In this document: in pieces, positions 24,787-38,609 of the stretch
Layout of the letters: each line of letters begins with the position of its first letter
How positions within the stretch are numbered: position 1 is the first letter of the stretch
Source of the DNA: Entomortierella parvispora E1425
Taxonomy: Eukaryota; Fungi; Mortierellomycota
Length of the DNA: 64,000 bases
Reading direction: 5' to 3'
Assembly: GCA_020891255.1 (NCBI GenBank)
Contig: BQFW01000001.1
Span: 2,604,001 to 2,668,000 of the forward strand
Position numbers and translations under genes: made by a program
The notes under the pieces: generated by a model
Told to the model about the DNA's origin: nothing
What the model saw: the letters and a program-made list of their open reading frames with translations, nothing else
Databases searched by the model: none

Positions 24787-25000
24787 TTACAACTTGGCCT
24801 TCAATTCTTTAACGGTATCGTCGAGCTTTTCTGATTCACCGTCGTTGTCAATAAGTCCAAGCCTCGTCATGGAACCTTCCAGTTTTGTCCAAGACTGTGA
24901 CATCCTTCATGTTCGCTGGCCCGACCAACGTTTTGTTCTCCATGCTCTTGCCTGCAATGATATCTCGGATCGTTTTGCACGGGACCTTGCCGGACCGGGA
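24787..25000 (-). pseudogene. Acyl-CoA synthetase 3' tail remnant A
   Basis: Matches the last exon of 46611-49582 from RSGK to the stop, with decay. Confidence 0.9.
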
Positions 25001-25647
25001 GGTGCAGACACAGGAACGGCAACGGCAATGGCAGCAGTAGCTGCCAGGAAGTGTTGGGAAACATTGCTGTCGTGCAGTTACCAGTCTGCCAATGGGATCT
25101 AGATCCAAATAAAGAAGTTAGAGGAGATGCCATTAGTCGTAGATCAAGAAACAACAGGAAAAGAGTAAGTCGCCGTTTTGCAACCAACCTCGCGACCTTT
25201 TCTTTTCTTTTTCTTTTTTTTTTTTTTTTTTTTTTTTTTTGGTGGAGCTATTCACACCGCACATCTTTGTACTCTACTCCCTCCCAAACGAGAGGAGATA
25301 CAGAAGCAGATAAAAATCGAAATGACCTGATTTGCCTGGATGCCGAGATTGTTTTTGTATTTACCGATGAACAACACTATTGGTGAGTAGAGGATGTTCT
25401 TCTAGAAACATAGTTGTGGTCCTCCTGGGAAGCAGAGAGTCAGTCACTAAATCCCAGGCCACAGGTTTACAACAGCCCATTCAGAAATTGATGGCGAAGT
25501 AATTTTTGGGTTCCCTTGAAATTTTTTTATTGTGTGCACGATGGTTGCAATGATCCCTCGTTCTCTTTTTTTTTTTTTTTTTTTTTTTCCCACAGTCCAC
25601 CATCTCTCCCATATCTATTACAGACACACAGAGAGCCGCTTTGGATC

Positions 25648-28483
25648 ATGGAAAAGAGTCAAGCATTTCGAGTATCTGGAACAACTGCCGACATCAAATA
25701 CATCGCCGTCAACCATGCCAACGAGCAAGATGTCATCTTTTGGGAAAATATCGAGCGCGTTTTCCCTGGGACCATGTTTGTCAGGTGCGGTCAAGTTGTT
25801 CTCGGCATGCTAAGAGATTCAAACGGAGTCAAGTAAAGTCGATGATAAATGAACTGAGTGGCCAAGGTATTTAGCCAAAGTTACACTGACAACCCTGGTT
25901 TTTGAAACTGTCCCTTTAGGTATGATCCAGAGCGCATCAAGCACTACCCGAATGAAGTCCTGGATATCTAATGGTCTTCTAATATCGATGGCACTCTGGC
26001 CACCAAGGATGGTCGAATCGACATTCACTCAACAGCTCCAAACGAGACGATCAGCCCCGAGTCGACTCCCCTCAACCTGCTCTCCAAGACTGTTTCTGAC
26101 CTCGCCATTTCCTCAGACCATGTCACAGTCTCCTCCACTGCGGAACCACGACTCTCAACCTTAAAGAGAGCAAACACAGCAGATATCCAGAATGTATCAA
26201 CCGCTATGATGGAAGCAATTGAGCTCGCCGACAAGTCTGGGCAGCTACTTTCCAAGGAGCAATTCACGTCGCTCCTCAAATCCAAGTTGAATCCAGGATT
26301 GCCGATCAACTCCGCATTCGAATCCACAGTCATTCGTGAGCTGGGTGCACTTCATGACCAAGGCGCTACGACACAACAAATTGTCAAGTTTTGCAGATGC
26401 AAATACAGATGAGCGACCGGTTGATTTTGATCCAGAGCAAGACGGAGGCCATCTTGACGCAGCAACTGGAACTGGTCGAGTATCCCATCCCTCGGCTCTT
26501 TATTGTCTTGCCCGAGAAAGTCTCAAAGTACGATGCGGCCACTTGGTTCAGGACCAAATTCCGTCTGTACTTTATCTGTGAGTGCGGCGAGCACACCCAA
26601 AAAGAGGAAAGCAAAGCCCCTCACCATCTCCACCTGGCGAGGCATCAAGGATATGTGATCAGAGAGCCAACCGAGTTTTTCAAGAAGTACGGCCCCTTTC
26701 TTGTTTTGATGTTGGAGCTCATCAAGATCGGCGCACGTGTCGCGAGTCATGCCGTGCCCGCTTTGGTTACTTTCAAAATTGTCGAACTGGCTGATTCTGT
26801 CCCACAGACTGTTGAGACTGTCACGGGAATGATCGACTACTCGCTTGAGTGCATTGACAAGCAGACAGAGAAGGTTTGTTCATCCTCTCTGGGAGAACTG
26901 GCCGACCTTGACAACCGCCCTTCAAACACTCAACAGGACCTTACCAACTATCTGAAAAATGTCGAGGGTCTAGAGGGTGTTGAGTTGCGCCAGCTAGGAT
27001 CATTCTTGACCGCGTCCAAGGCCGACAGTCTCCTTGGGAACCTTTATCGAATGTCAACATCGGATGGACACATCAAATGGGTGTGCCGCGATCATTATCG
27101 CTCCGGTTACCAGAAGGCGAACGTTGAAAAGCTACGGAATATTGTCGAAAGCTCAGGTGGAGAGTTTGACGAGCAATTAGGAGCAGTCAAAATGTCTCTG
27201 AAGTCCAGTATTGGGGCTGCAGTATTCTTTGATGCCCTTGCCAAAGCCAAGGGGGTGTTCGAGCTCATTGTCGATTTCAACTGGGAGTGCGCCTGGAAAG
27301 ATATCGATGCATTACTGTACACAAAGCAGTCGAGGGATCTTCAGTTTCCACTCTCCATGTGGATCTCCAGAGGTTTAAGCCAAAACCTAACCTTCTGAGA
27401 ACTAAGTTCTCCACCTCAGTACATTCTCGGTACGCACCTTTATCTCGACTGATGGAACCAATTCAACTGCGATCGGTTCACCTCATCCTTCCAGAAGACA
27501 TCATCCGACTTTCCAACTTCACCCCTATAAGACCTCCACGTCTTTACAAGTTAACTTTTGAGATGATAATCGGGCGAAATGAAGACGGCAAAGTGGCCAA
27601 CATTCTTGCAGAGGTGTCTAAATCCAATTCAACACTGGTTTCTTGTTACTGCTCATCTGAAGAGAAAGGAGCCCAGGCGCTGTGGCAGGCACTCAAGACC
27701 CACTGGACGCTTGCCGCTTTGGTCCTGGATAGATTTTTGATTGGAGATTTAGGAGCGCAGACGTTGTCAGAGGCACTCAAGACCAATTCGACGCTGACTG
27801 CTTTGTACCTGCGCACCAATTCAATTAGAGATTTAGGAACACAGGCTCTGTCAGAGGCACTCAAGACCAACACGACGCTGACCACTTTGGACCTGCGCAC
27901 CAATTCGATTGGAAATTTAGGAGCACAGGCGATGTCAGAGGCATTCAAGACCAATTCGACGCTGACCACTTTGGACATGAGTGGCAATAAGATTGGAGAT
28001 TTAGGAGCGCAGGCGTTGTCAGAGGCACTCAAGACCAACTCGACACTGACCACTTTGGACATAGGTGCCAATTCGATTGGAGAGAAAGGAGCGAAGGCGT
28101 TGTCGGAGGCACTCAGGACCAACTCGACGTTGACCACTTTGGACCTGTGGAACAATTCGATTGGAGGTTTAGGAGCGCAGGCGTTGTCAGAGGCACTCAA
28201 GACCAACTCGACGCTGACCACTTTGGACCTGGGGAGTAATTCGATTGGGGATTTAGGAGCACAGGCGTTGTCAGAGGCACTCAAGACCAACTCGACGCTG
28301 ACCACTTTGGACCTGGGGAGTAATTCGATTGGGGATTTAGGAGCACAGGCGTTGTCAGAGGCACTGAAGAGCAACTCGACGCTGACCACTTTGAACGTGC
28401 AGAATATTTCGATTGGAGGTAAAGGAGCACAGACGTTGTCAGAGTCTCTCAAAACCAACTCAGTCGTGAATATCATCCATTGA
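25648..28483 (+). pseudogene. LRR receptor-like copy 2 (8 LRRs), disrupted
   Basis: Same exon 1 (25648-25832) and intron. TAA at 25969-25971, a 4-nt deletion near 26386 and a 5-nt insertion near 27315. Confidence 0.9.
27761..28432 (+). repeat. 8 x 84-nt LRR tandem array
   Basis: Repeats 6 and 7 are identical at the DNA level. Confidence 0.95.
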
Positions 28484-28699
28484 TCCGTATGTGCAAACAC
28501 TACATGCTCCTCATCGTAAATCGCTAAACCGTTGTGTTTTATCTTCTCAGTAAAAATGAAATCGAGTGAAGTGCCTTAATTTGCAAATGCAAGCTCATGA
28601 TGAAGAGCAAGAAAAAAAAAAGAAAAAAAGAAAAAAAAAAATAAGAAAAAAAAGTGGAAGAGAGAGTATAGTTTGTGAACCTGGAATCAGATTCTCCTG

Positions 28700-29550
28700 A
28701 CTCACAACTTCGCCTTCATATCTTTAACCGTGTCGTCAACCTTTCTTGTCAGTCCATCATTACCAACAAGACAAGTCTCCGACATGGGCTCTTCCAGCTC
28801 TTTCTAGACCGTGACATCCTCAATGGTCACTGGCACGACCAACTTTTGGTTCTCCAGAGTCTTGCCCGCAATCATATCTCGGATTGTCCTGTGCAGAAAT
28901 CTTTCCCGACCGGGTCTTGCGAAAACGACGGATGATATACGTGGGTTGGTAATTGGCAATGGCGCCCAAGATTTTGTTGTACCGTCTGCGCCGTCTCCTT
29001 CTTGATCGACTCCTCGTCCTGAGTTACACCTCATTTAAACACCACCGGACCTACAAGGATCTGTCCCTTCAACTTGTCGGAGAGTGGGACCACATAGCAT
29101 TCCGAGATGACGGATGCTCTGCCAAGATCTTCTCCACGGATCCAGTCGATCGATGTCCTGCCACTTGCATGATGTCGTCCGTTCGTGGCATGACATGGAA
29201 GTAGCCATCGTCGTCCATAATACCCGCGTCGCCAGTGTCGTACTTAGCAGCCAGGGAACCTGGACAGTATCTTTTTTTGAAACCCAGCGAGAATAAGGCT
29301 GAGGGTGGCAATGGTGGTTTGACCACAATGTTGCCAAAGGTCGACGGTCCCTATTCCTTGGCCACACCACTTGTTTCTTATGGATCAGACAGGACTCTGC
29401 AAATCCCCGAAGGATCAACATTGGGTCAATGTGTGTGCCACGAGCAACATAGAGTTCTTGACAAGCTCCTGTAGTCGATGTCCTAACTCGAGTCGTCCAA
29501 TAATTGTCCACCACGGGCTTGGCTCCCATGATACGTCTGAAGTTTGCGAT
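28700..29550 (-). pseudogene. Acyl-CoA synthetase 3'-half remnant B
   Basis: Frameshifted or deleted copies of KPVVDNYW, YDTGDAG, RTDDIMQVAGHR and TIRD.IAGK.LENQKL. Confidence 0.9.
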
Positions 29551-30024
29551 CTCAGTTTATCTCGATTCCACATCTCCTGGACCACACATGTAATAAACAT
29601 TCCATTGTTTGATCTTCTGCGATAGTTTTTGAGTTCCATGGCTCTGCTCTCACTTTCCCGCCTCAAAAATGGCCGCTGCAGAGTCGATCCTCTTCGCTTC
29701 TTTGTTCTTTACACCTTCCACTCTTTACCTCAAACCACAGTGGCTCGTTGCTGCGCTGCAGCAACAACAAGGAAGAGGTAGAGCCTCCGAAACCAGTCGC
29801 CGCTCCAGTCGGGCAGATCTCGCCCTCCACCTACTCGAGGCTACCAATATCATACTAGCCTTCTTTGATGCGGGACAACAATCGAATTCACCAACTAAAA
29901 CGTCGATGGTCGATCCCGCAAGAGCACAGTCACAATACAGACGCGATCTCTCCGAGCGGACAAAAAAAGCCAATGAACATGCAAACAAGTGTCTTTACTC
30001 ATACCCGGATCCAACTCACCAGAC

Positions 30025-31574
30025 ATGTCGATTCTTTGCAGGAGGGCGGCCGCATCGCTCGTCAGGAGCTCACTCACGGATGCCAACCCGATCCTCATCA
30101 AGACAGGATCCAGGACCGCCGCTCCATTAGCACAGACATTACAGATTTCCGCCGGATCCCGTAATGTGCAGCGATGTGCTTTTGCGACTTCCACACCCAG
30201 ACGTTCCACAGCGCCTGGCGAGTCGTCTACAACACCCTCCTCACCATCACCACAAAAGAGCAAAGGGGATTCAGAGGAGGATAAAAAGGGAGCCGAGGAA
30301 GAGCGGATCCGAAACTTGCCTCTTTCGCCCTTTGGAGGACGGTTTGGCGTGCCCGAGCAACCCAAGAGCGCGAAATCGATTGCGATGGCCAAGGCCAACA
30401 ACAAGCGATCGCCTTTCGCAAAAGCCAAGGAGGGCGTGAAGAGCAAGGTCCACGATTGGACAGACAAGGAAAAGAACTTGGAGAAGCGTAAAGAATTGTA
30501 AGTATCCAAGTCAGACGACGAGACGGGGATGCTATGGAGGGGAAAAGAAAAGTCGCTCCTCTTGTAACAATGGGAGGAAGAAGACTTTTTTTTTTTACTG
30601 ATCTGTTCTTTTTTCCTTTTTTTTTTTTTTCTTTTGTTAGGCTGGATGACTTTCAGTCTGGATATTTTGCCGAGTTCAGTGAACTGACGAAAACAGGATC
30701 AAAGCTTTGGAAGGGAACGCCCACCATGGTGAATGCTGATGTACGTTGAACGAAAATTTTTGGAACGAGAAGAGTTGGAGGCTGTGGGGCGCTATGAGAG
30801 ACAATGGAGAGCAAACTGGCACATTCGAGGGGAATTCGAAAGACTACAAGGAAGTGACTGGACCCAACTAAGTGCAGCGGACGGAAACCGGGGACTATAA
30901 AAGCGACAGAGAGGAACTAGAGATGTCGGTGAAAGTCAAACACTATGATGCGCTGGAGCTAACAACCACTCTTATATTACCTTTTTATCACCTTATAGAA
31001 AGCACTTTACATGCCCAACATCGTTGGAACTTCCTTGAAGACTTCAGAACCAGTGGAATTGGTCGATCTGTTGAAGGGTCATATCAGTTTGGTGGCGATC
31101 TCAGGAACCCGATTCGGAGAGGAGCATATCAACTCGTTCATGACACCGTTTTTGGAGAAGTGGGCTGCCAACTCCAAGCACTCGAAAGTGCAGCTGGTCG
31201 AACTCAATATTCAGGAGAACCCTCTCAAAGCTGGGCTGGTCCGTATGATGGTTCCTTTTGTGAAAAAGACCATTCCTGAGGAAAGACAAGTAAGCTGAAC
31301 CAAAACAAGGCTAGGAAGGGGGGTTTTTTATATTCTGTAACCGTATCTAACAACCCTTTGCCTTCAACGTTTGTAGGAAAACTACTTGCTTCACTACAAA
31401 TCAATCAAGCACTTGAGAGGACCCTTGAGCATGCAAAATTCGTATCTAGGCTATGTCTTTTTGGTCGATAACAACTGCAAGATCCGGTGGGGAGCTCATG
31501 GAATGGGCACTGAGACTGAGATTCAGACCCTTTTGGACAGCGTCCAACGTCTTTCTGAACGTGGTGGTCGTTAA
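30025..31574 (+). CDS. ATP10: Mitochondrial ATPase assembly chaperone ATP10, multi-exon
   Basis: Presequence MSILCRRAAASL, then YFAEFSEL..TGSKLW, ALYMPNIVG, QLVELNIQENPLK and GYVFLVDNNCKIRWGAHG. Confidence 0.88.
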
Positions 31575-33012
31575 ACCACAAGCATTGCTACAAAAACTCA
31601 TTATTCATAAACGATAAAGCATTCAGTGTCCATACCCGCAATATGATTCCCCTCGCCCTAGTTATGTGAATAGGGTACGATCTGTGAAAATCCCAAAAGA
31701 CGCAAAGTGCCAGGTCTATGGTGCCATCGACCTGATGGGAACAACGTGGCAGGAGCATGGAAACCTTAGTGGCGGTTGTGAATTTAGTCTGCTGGTGGTG
31801 AAAGAATAGTCATGTATGTACCTATGAAAGGGTGCACTGTCCAACTCTCTTAACCTTCCCTTTGTTCCCGAGAGGGCGAAAGGGCCACCTTGTTCGCTTG
31901 ATTGAAAGAGATGGCCGTTCCCCTTGTCTATTTCTGAGCTCTTTTTTGTTTTTTGGTCATTCTCGCCACATTTTCAGGCGCCGATGCAATTGAGACGCGG
32001 GAAACGATGGGTGACGGAGTGAAGGTTCTACTTTTTATTCTTTTCTTTCTTGGTCGACCTCCTTTTGCTTGCGAAGCTGAGCATCAGTAGGATGCTGGGT
32101 TCGGTGTGTCTTGAGCTGCCTTTTTTGGTTTCAAAATAAACAATTCGCCAACAAACAAGAAAAGGGTACATGTGCGTGCGTCCGGGAAAAGACATCCGAC
32201 TGAGGGATAAAAAAAAAGTCCTTGCGAGGCAATCGGATGGACGCGCCAATCTGTAGACTACAAGGATAAATCTACGAAAGCGTCTAATCTGTTCCCTTCC
32301 GCTTCTTTCCTTCTCTGTCACTCGCTCGATGTGAGTGGCCAAAGGACATGTGGGATTCATTGTGGGTGCTTTGTTGACAGTGGTGGGCGTAAACGAATGT
32401 TTCTTTTAAGGTTGTTGTAGTTGATGACACGAGTTGAGTCGAACTTTTTTTCATTTGCAACCTTTCAACCGTTGGCAGACTGGATGCGTGCATGTAGACT
32501 AGACATGACATGCGACAAGACGAAGGGAGGGTGGACCAGCAGAGGAGAGGAGGAGTGGCCAACAAACAAGGGGGCGGACCAACAACTGCCATCCAAGCTG
32601 AGTTGAAAGGACAGGGGTGAGTGAACAAAGAAGAATACACTTCTGCTCTCGTGGCTCCAAGGAGATTTTTTTTTTTTTTTTTTTTTTTTTTTCATTTTCA
32701 CAGTCCTCTCTCTCCTTCCTTCCCTTTGTTCCTCTTCAGTGCCGCCCCCCTTTCTTTTTTTCGTTCTCGACTTTTCTACTCCATCCTCTCTCTCTCTTCT
32801 CTTTCTCATTCTTCTTCATTCCTCCTCCCATCACGTCGCTTATACCCTCCTGTTCTATCTACTCCATACCCTTTACACCTCGACCCCTTGCCCACTCTCG
32901 CAGTTTCACTTTCTTCCTCCTTCCTTCTTCGTCTTTTCTTCTTGAGACCAAGCCTTGACCACACTCGTTCTCTTGTCGACGTCTCTGCTCTGAACGTCGA
33001 AACATTCAAACC

Positions 33013-35594
33013 ATGTCAGAAGTCAACGCCCAGGAAAGAGTCCCTACCGGACCTGTAGGATCCCCGCCTTCATATGCTACACATGACCAGACACCCCCAG
33101 AGTCACCCCGCTCCTCACCAGATCGCGCCACGCCCGTCAGAACCTCGTCTTCGACCTCTTCCCTGGACCATCTGCCTCCAGCCATGAGCGCACAAAGATC
33201 CACCCCGGCGCCGTCTCAAGAGCATTCCGATATGGTTGCCCACACGAGCGACCTTGTTTTAGAAGACGACGAGGACGAGGGCGACGATGCAGATCATGAC
33301 CGCGAAGAGGACGACGAGGATATCCGTCGAGCCTCTGCCCTAGCAGGACGACGCAGAAGCTATGGCCACCACCACCACCCTAGTTCGGGCTCTAGACCTC
33401 AGCAACGTCAGCAACTCACGCTTCCAGCGGCCACCGCCGCATCTCTTTTGAGTCACAATACCAATCAGCCAGCGTTGACGCATGCGGTCGCCGGGTCAGC
33501 GGCGTCGTACAGCTATTCGCCCACGATTCCCAGTCGATCAGACACTGGCGTCTCCTCGGTTTCATCGAGTCGCAGCAACTCCAGGAGGAACAGTCTTACG
33601 CAGCAACAGCAGCAGCAGAGTCAGAACAGCATCTCGCCCTTCTCGTTCTTCACGCACAAAGACGAACATCCGTCCTCGAGTGGGAGTGGCACCAAGACGC
33701 TGAAGATTGAGCTGGCGCATCCAGAGGTTGTCCTGAAGAGTGGCGAGATGACGACGATGAAGGGCATCGTGTATGTGAACTGCCACAAGCCAGTCAAGGT
33801 CAAGACGTTGCTCCTCGAGTTCTCTGGACGGTCCTCAGTAACCTGGGTCGATGGTAAGCTACTTTTTATAACTGGCCGTGAGTCAGCGACGAGACATGGG
33901 GAGGGCAGGAGAGTGATCTTCTACTGTGTGGAAGTGCTCTTCTCTCTTTCTCTCCTCTCGTCCCTCTGACCTTGAGAGCCGTGTGAGAAAAAGAAAAAAA
34001 AAATGAGCTAAAAAAAAGGGAAAAAAAGCGTCCACTCACCGCGCGCTTGTGATTTCGCCCATTCCTTTGCGTAGACAATGCTTATTCGCCCGCCACCCGC
34101 CACACCACCGCGCCTCATATTGAGCACTCCTGGACCCTGGTCGGTCATCAGCACAAACAGCCACCAACCATTTTGGCACCTGGACAGCATGCTTTCACTT
34201 TTAGCCTGGACATGCCCGAGACTTTGCCCGAGACTTTGACCACGACGCACGGAAAAGTCGCCTATAGATTGACCGCCACGCTCAACAAACCAGGATTGAC
34301 GTTTCATTCTTCCTCAGTGACGATCCCTGTCACCATCTTGCGTCGCCAATCTGTTCAGGCATCCAGGGCTTATCAGCGAGGAGGAAGGGCTGCGAGCAAA
34401 CCCGAGGACCAAGTTTCGTACAAGATCAGCATGCCCCAAACCCGGGTCCCTCACAGCACAAAAATCCCACTTCAGGTGTCTATCACTGCGCCCAGCACTC
34501 GGACCAACATCAACGTTCTCCAAGTCAGTCTCTGGGAGCGCGTTGTGTACAGGGCCGATGGTCGCAAGCGAGTCGATTTGAGACTGGTCAAGATTCAAAA
34601 GTCAGAAGGTTGGGCTCGACCCCCTCATCAGGAATCTGACGCTGTGACATGGAACAAAGTCTTGTTGTTTGACATGCCCCCAATTGGATCAGAGCAGAAT
34701 CAGTGCAACCCTTCAGCCGACAATGGGCTGATGAAGGTGACCCACATGCTGCGTTTCTCGATTTTGGGAGCCGAGGGCACGAAGCGATTCCGACTTGAAA
34801 ACGACATTGATCTGAAGGTTCTAGCATTCGAGGATGAATACCAAATGGATGACGAGGACGACTTTGAAGACGAGGAGGACGAGTTTGAAGAACAGCAAGA
34901 AGGTCATGTGGAGATTGTCGATGGTCACCCTGTACGTGTCGTTCGTCGTCGTCGCCGCCGAGGCGAGGATCGAGACGGACTTCCGTCCTACCTGACCTCC
35001 TTCTCGACACCTCGCGTTTCGTTTGATTCAGAGCGGGACATGGATCCGGCAGATGACGATCTGTTGAGGGCCATGGTGGCTCGCATCCATTTGCCAACCT
35101 ACGCAGAGTCGGAATCGGATATCAACAGCCGGAACCCGTCCAGGGATGTGAGTCGAAATGCCAGTCGTGCAGCGAGTCGGAGCACCAGTCCAGAGCGTGG
35201 AATCTCTGGATCTTCAGGATTTGTCCCGAATGCGACTATCATTACTGCTTCAGGAGGTGGATTCTTCCAGCAACACCCTCAACACACGCCATCCCCTATT
35301 CACCAGCATCATCATCATCACCATCCCCACCACGGGGTCCATAGTCCTCAGCACCACCATCTGCATCATCAGCCTCATGGTCATAGTCCTCTAGCGGGTT
35401 CTCCTCCTAGAGTACTTTCTCCTGCGGATGGCGGGCCACCCACCGAGCGTAGGTCTTCGGATCCTCAGGGACAACAGCGGCGAGAAGGAGAGCAGGAACT
35501 GCATCAGCAGCACGAAAACGCTGCTCTTCAGCATCCACAACCTCGTATATCCAGCACTGTGACCCCTCTTCCGGAATCTGAGAAGGGCTATTGA
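33013..35594 (+). CDS. Alpha-arrestin (ART-type adaptor), one intron about 33855-34075
   Basis: KGIVYVNCHKPVKVKTLLLEFSG, GQHAFTFSL.MPETLPET, HGKVAYRL; LPSY and LPTY motifs. Confidence 0.85.
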
Positions 35595-35833
35595 ATTAAT
35601 GGACAAGACTGCAAAGGGTCTTCTAGATAACCTCTCGAGTGTTTGTCAATCCTTCATAAACAGGGAAGAACCACATCATATACCAGAAGCATTACAGAAA
35701 AAATAAAACGGCGCCGCGCCACCCAAGTTCATGCCCACCAAATAATTTGAGGTTTCTTTTTGCACGACATTTCAATCTCTTCATCCCATCCCCTTCTCAT
35801 TCCATTCCCCATCATTCATCTACAACCAAGAGC

Positions 35834-37357
35834 ATGAACCACACCCGGCAGAATGCTCTCTATATCCCCGAGATACTCCTCGCCGTCAGTGAGCATCTAA
35901 CTACTTCGTCGCTGCTCCCCTGTCTCTGCGTCTCGCGCGCCTTCCACGCGATCCTCTCTCCCATGTTCTGGACGGATATTTGTATGAGCGCCACAAGCGC
36001 CAAAAGCACCGGCAAGCAGGAGCCCACCCTCGGAGCGGTTTTGAATCATGCGCACTTGATCCGTAACCTCACCCTTCGTTACGCCAGCGCCGAGGATCAT
36101 TTTGACGAAGGGTGGAGGGTAGTCTTTTCCAACCTCACCCACCTTTCGATCGAGCGGCGGGGTCCTGATGGATCCATCCTTCTGCCATCACTGGCATCCT
36201 TTATTCAAAACAACAAGGCTACGTTGGTCAACTTCACCATGGATCATCAATTCGTGGACGATAATGCGCTGGAGGCATTGTGTGAATGCCCGCGATTGAA
36301 AGAGTGCAGACTTGCCCATCGGCTCCTGATCGACGACCCTGACCGTTGGACTAGCCAATTTGAACGACTTTGGTCCAGACTCGAAGTTGTTTCGTTGCGA
36401 GAGCCAATGACCGGTAGTAAGTACATCCCCTTGAAGACTTGTCCAACGGATTGGTCAGCACCGAGGGATTCGACAGGACAACCCCTCGGCAACCAGATTC
36501 TCGATTTGACGCTCTCCAACTATAACAACTATGTATATGAGGCACAGCTGTGGATATTGCTGAGGTGTACGAATCTGAAGAAGCTCTCGTGGTACATCAA
36601 GGGCAAGGAGATCATGACACCGATGCAGCAACTGGCTAAAATCATCCAGCAGGGCCATTCTTGTCAGCAACTGGAAGAACTTCGGATGGGGTACATGAAC
36701 TTTGAGAACACGGACTTTGCATCCTTGCTGTCGTCCATAAGTCAACTGAACCTACTGGATCTCCGTTATTCGAGCTTTGACGGAGAATCTTGGGAATGCT
36801 TACTGGACGAATCCAAGCATTTGAGAACCTTGGCCGTCTTGGATTTGACGGCGTGTCATGGCTTACCAGGCTGGGTTGTTCAAGAAATACTATGCGAGAT
36901 GCCGAACCTGAAGGTGCTCCGGGCCCCCGAAATGGAAGACATGAATATCTTGAGACATGATCTGCCTTGGGTGTGTCAGGAACTGGAGGAACTGGAGCTG
37001 ACCTTTATTCTACGCAAAGAGGTGTATGGGAAGGACTTGATCCTGACCCGGCTTTCAGAGTTGACAAAACTACAAGTGCTTCTGGTTGATTTTTTTAGAT
37101 CCAAGCCCATGACGGATCTTCGCAACTTTTGGACAGAGGATGGAGAGGATCATTTAAGTCTGTCGGTACACGAGGTAGAAGGAGGGGCCGAAGTAGGAGG
37201 GGGACTGGATCATTTGCGGACATTGAGACGACTGCGCGTGGTGTCAGAATCTATGGTTTTGTACAGGCGTCAGGAGGAAGCAGAGTGGATTGTGAAGAAC
37301 TGGCCTCGGCTGGAGGGTCCGGTGAAGGATGGGGTCACCCAGGTTCTGATGCGCTGA
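35834..37357 (+). CDS. F-box / RNI-like LRR protein (intronless)
   Basis: MNHTRQNALYIPEILLAVSEHL...CLCVSRAF, and C-terminal VQEILCEMPNLKVL and LPWVCQELEEL shared with 1947-3398. Confidence 0.85.
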   Translation: MNHTRQNALYIPEILLAVSEHLTTSSLLPCLCVSRAFHAILSPMFWTDICMSATSAKSTGKQEPTLGAVLNHAHLIRNLTLRYASAEDHFDEGWRVVFSNLTHLSIERRGPDGSILLPSLASFIQNNKATLVNFTMDHQFVDDNALEALCECPRLKECRLAHRLLIDDPDRWTSQFERLWSRLEVVSLREPMTGSKYIPLKTCPTDWSAPRDSTGQPLGNQILDLTLSNYNNYVYEAQLWILLRCTNLKKLSWYIKGKEIMTPMQQLAKIIQQGHSCQQLEELRMGYMNFENTDFASLLSSISQLNLLDLRYSSFDGESWECLLDESKHLRTLAVLDLTACHGLPGWVVQEILCEMPNLKVLRAPEMEDMNILRHDLPWVCQELEELELTFILRKEVYGKDLILTRLSELTKLQVLLVDFFRSKPMTDLRNFWTEDGEDHLSLSVHEVEGGAEVGGGLDHLRTLRRLRVVSESMVLYRRQEEAEWIVKNWPRLEGPVKDGVTQVLMR

Positions 37358-37706
37358 TGCTCTGATACGCCATACTTTGGTCAACAGAGAGGCAATGTTC
37401 AACCGTCGAAGGGAAGGGATGTCATCATATAAAGCACCCCCAAGCGCCGGTCTGTCGTCGCCAGGAACTGAGTTTTTTTTTTCTCTCTTGGGAAACGAAA
37501 TAAATGGATGTTTTCTCAATGATGTATCTTTTTGAGTTCTGTATCTACTTGCTCTCTCAGTCGAGTCGACTTTGGCCATGCTGTTGCACAAAGAGGCCAT
37601 CCTTCCACTTTAGTTTTACATTCTGGCTTTCCTCCCTTTTCACCTTCCTCTTCTCCCTTCTTTATTTCGTATCTCATCCCGCCCTCCCCATCCCCCCAAA
37701 TCGCCT

Positions 37707-38210
37707 ATGCTCGCTTTCGAATACCTTGTGATAGCGATAGCGATAGCCATTCTCATCTTTGCTTGCCGCCGCTGTGAGTGTGTGGGCAGCGTTAGCTACC
37801 AGGGAGATGTGGCGCCTCCGCAGCCCATCATCGTTTCAATCCTGGGCTCCTCGCCCTATGAAAACACGATGCCACCGATATCACGGCACTCTCCCTCGAT
37901 GCGCGATGACTATCAGGATGCAGCTCTCGCTTCCCAACTGGCGTGGCAACAGCTACACCAACAGCTACAGCATCAGCCTCAACCACAGGCACAGGCACAG
38001 GTACAGCCATTGGGAGCTGCTGTTGTCTCTACTTTGACTTCAGAGCAAGAAGACGAAGAGTTGCCGGCTTATAAACGGAATCCAGATCCGGATACAGAGG
38101 TTCGGAGGGAGGGAGATCACCAGGCCGTGGTTGTCGTGGACCCGGAGACGGCGGAGACGGCGGAGACGGAAGCGCCACCGCCCGCGTATGTTATGCCACC
38201 AACCTCATAG
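37707..38210 (+). CDS. Small single-pass membrane protein with PY-type motifs (167 aa)
   Basis: N-terminal hydrophobic helix followed by CRRC; LPAY and PPPAY motifs. Confidence 0.65.
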   Translation: MLAFEYLVIAIAIAILIFACRRCECVGSVSYQGDVAPPQPIIVSILGSSPYENTMPPISRHSPSMRDDYQDAALASQLAWQQLHQQLQHQPQPQAQAQVQPLGAAVVSTLTSEQEDEELPAYKRNPDPDTEVRREGDHQAVVVVDPETAETAETEAPPPAYVMPPTS

Positions 38211-38609
38211 ATTTTTCTTGAGTGCACCCAGAAACAAGAAGGGTGGCTACAACCGTGTATAATAATAAAGCGATGCCATGTGCATGCACGATTAGAGATA
38301 GATTTCCATCATGAGCTGCTCAAGGGAATTGATGTCCATCTGCCATCATCCTCATTATTTTGGCAAGTAGTGTAGACCAGCCGCCGCAGAACAACATCAA
38401 CGACGCAGCGCCCACTTTGCACAACGTTCATCTCGGTTCCCATGATTTTTTTTTCTTTGTTTTAGTCAGTTTGTTGTCCTTGTTGTGCTCACGTTGTCGG
38501 ATTACAACGTCCATTGTTTGACTTCGCCATTTTTGCACCTCTTTTACTTTTTTTTTCTCTTCCAACCTCCCACCCTCCCGTCCCAGCAAGATATCGTTCC
38601 TTGGAGACC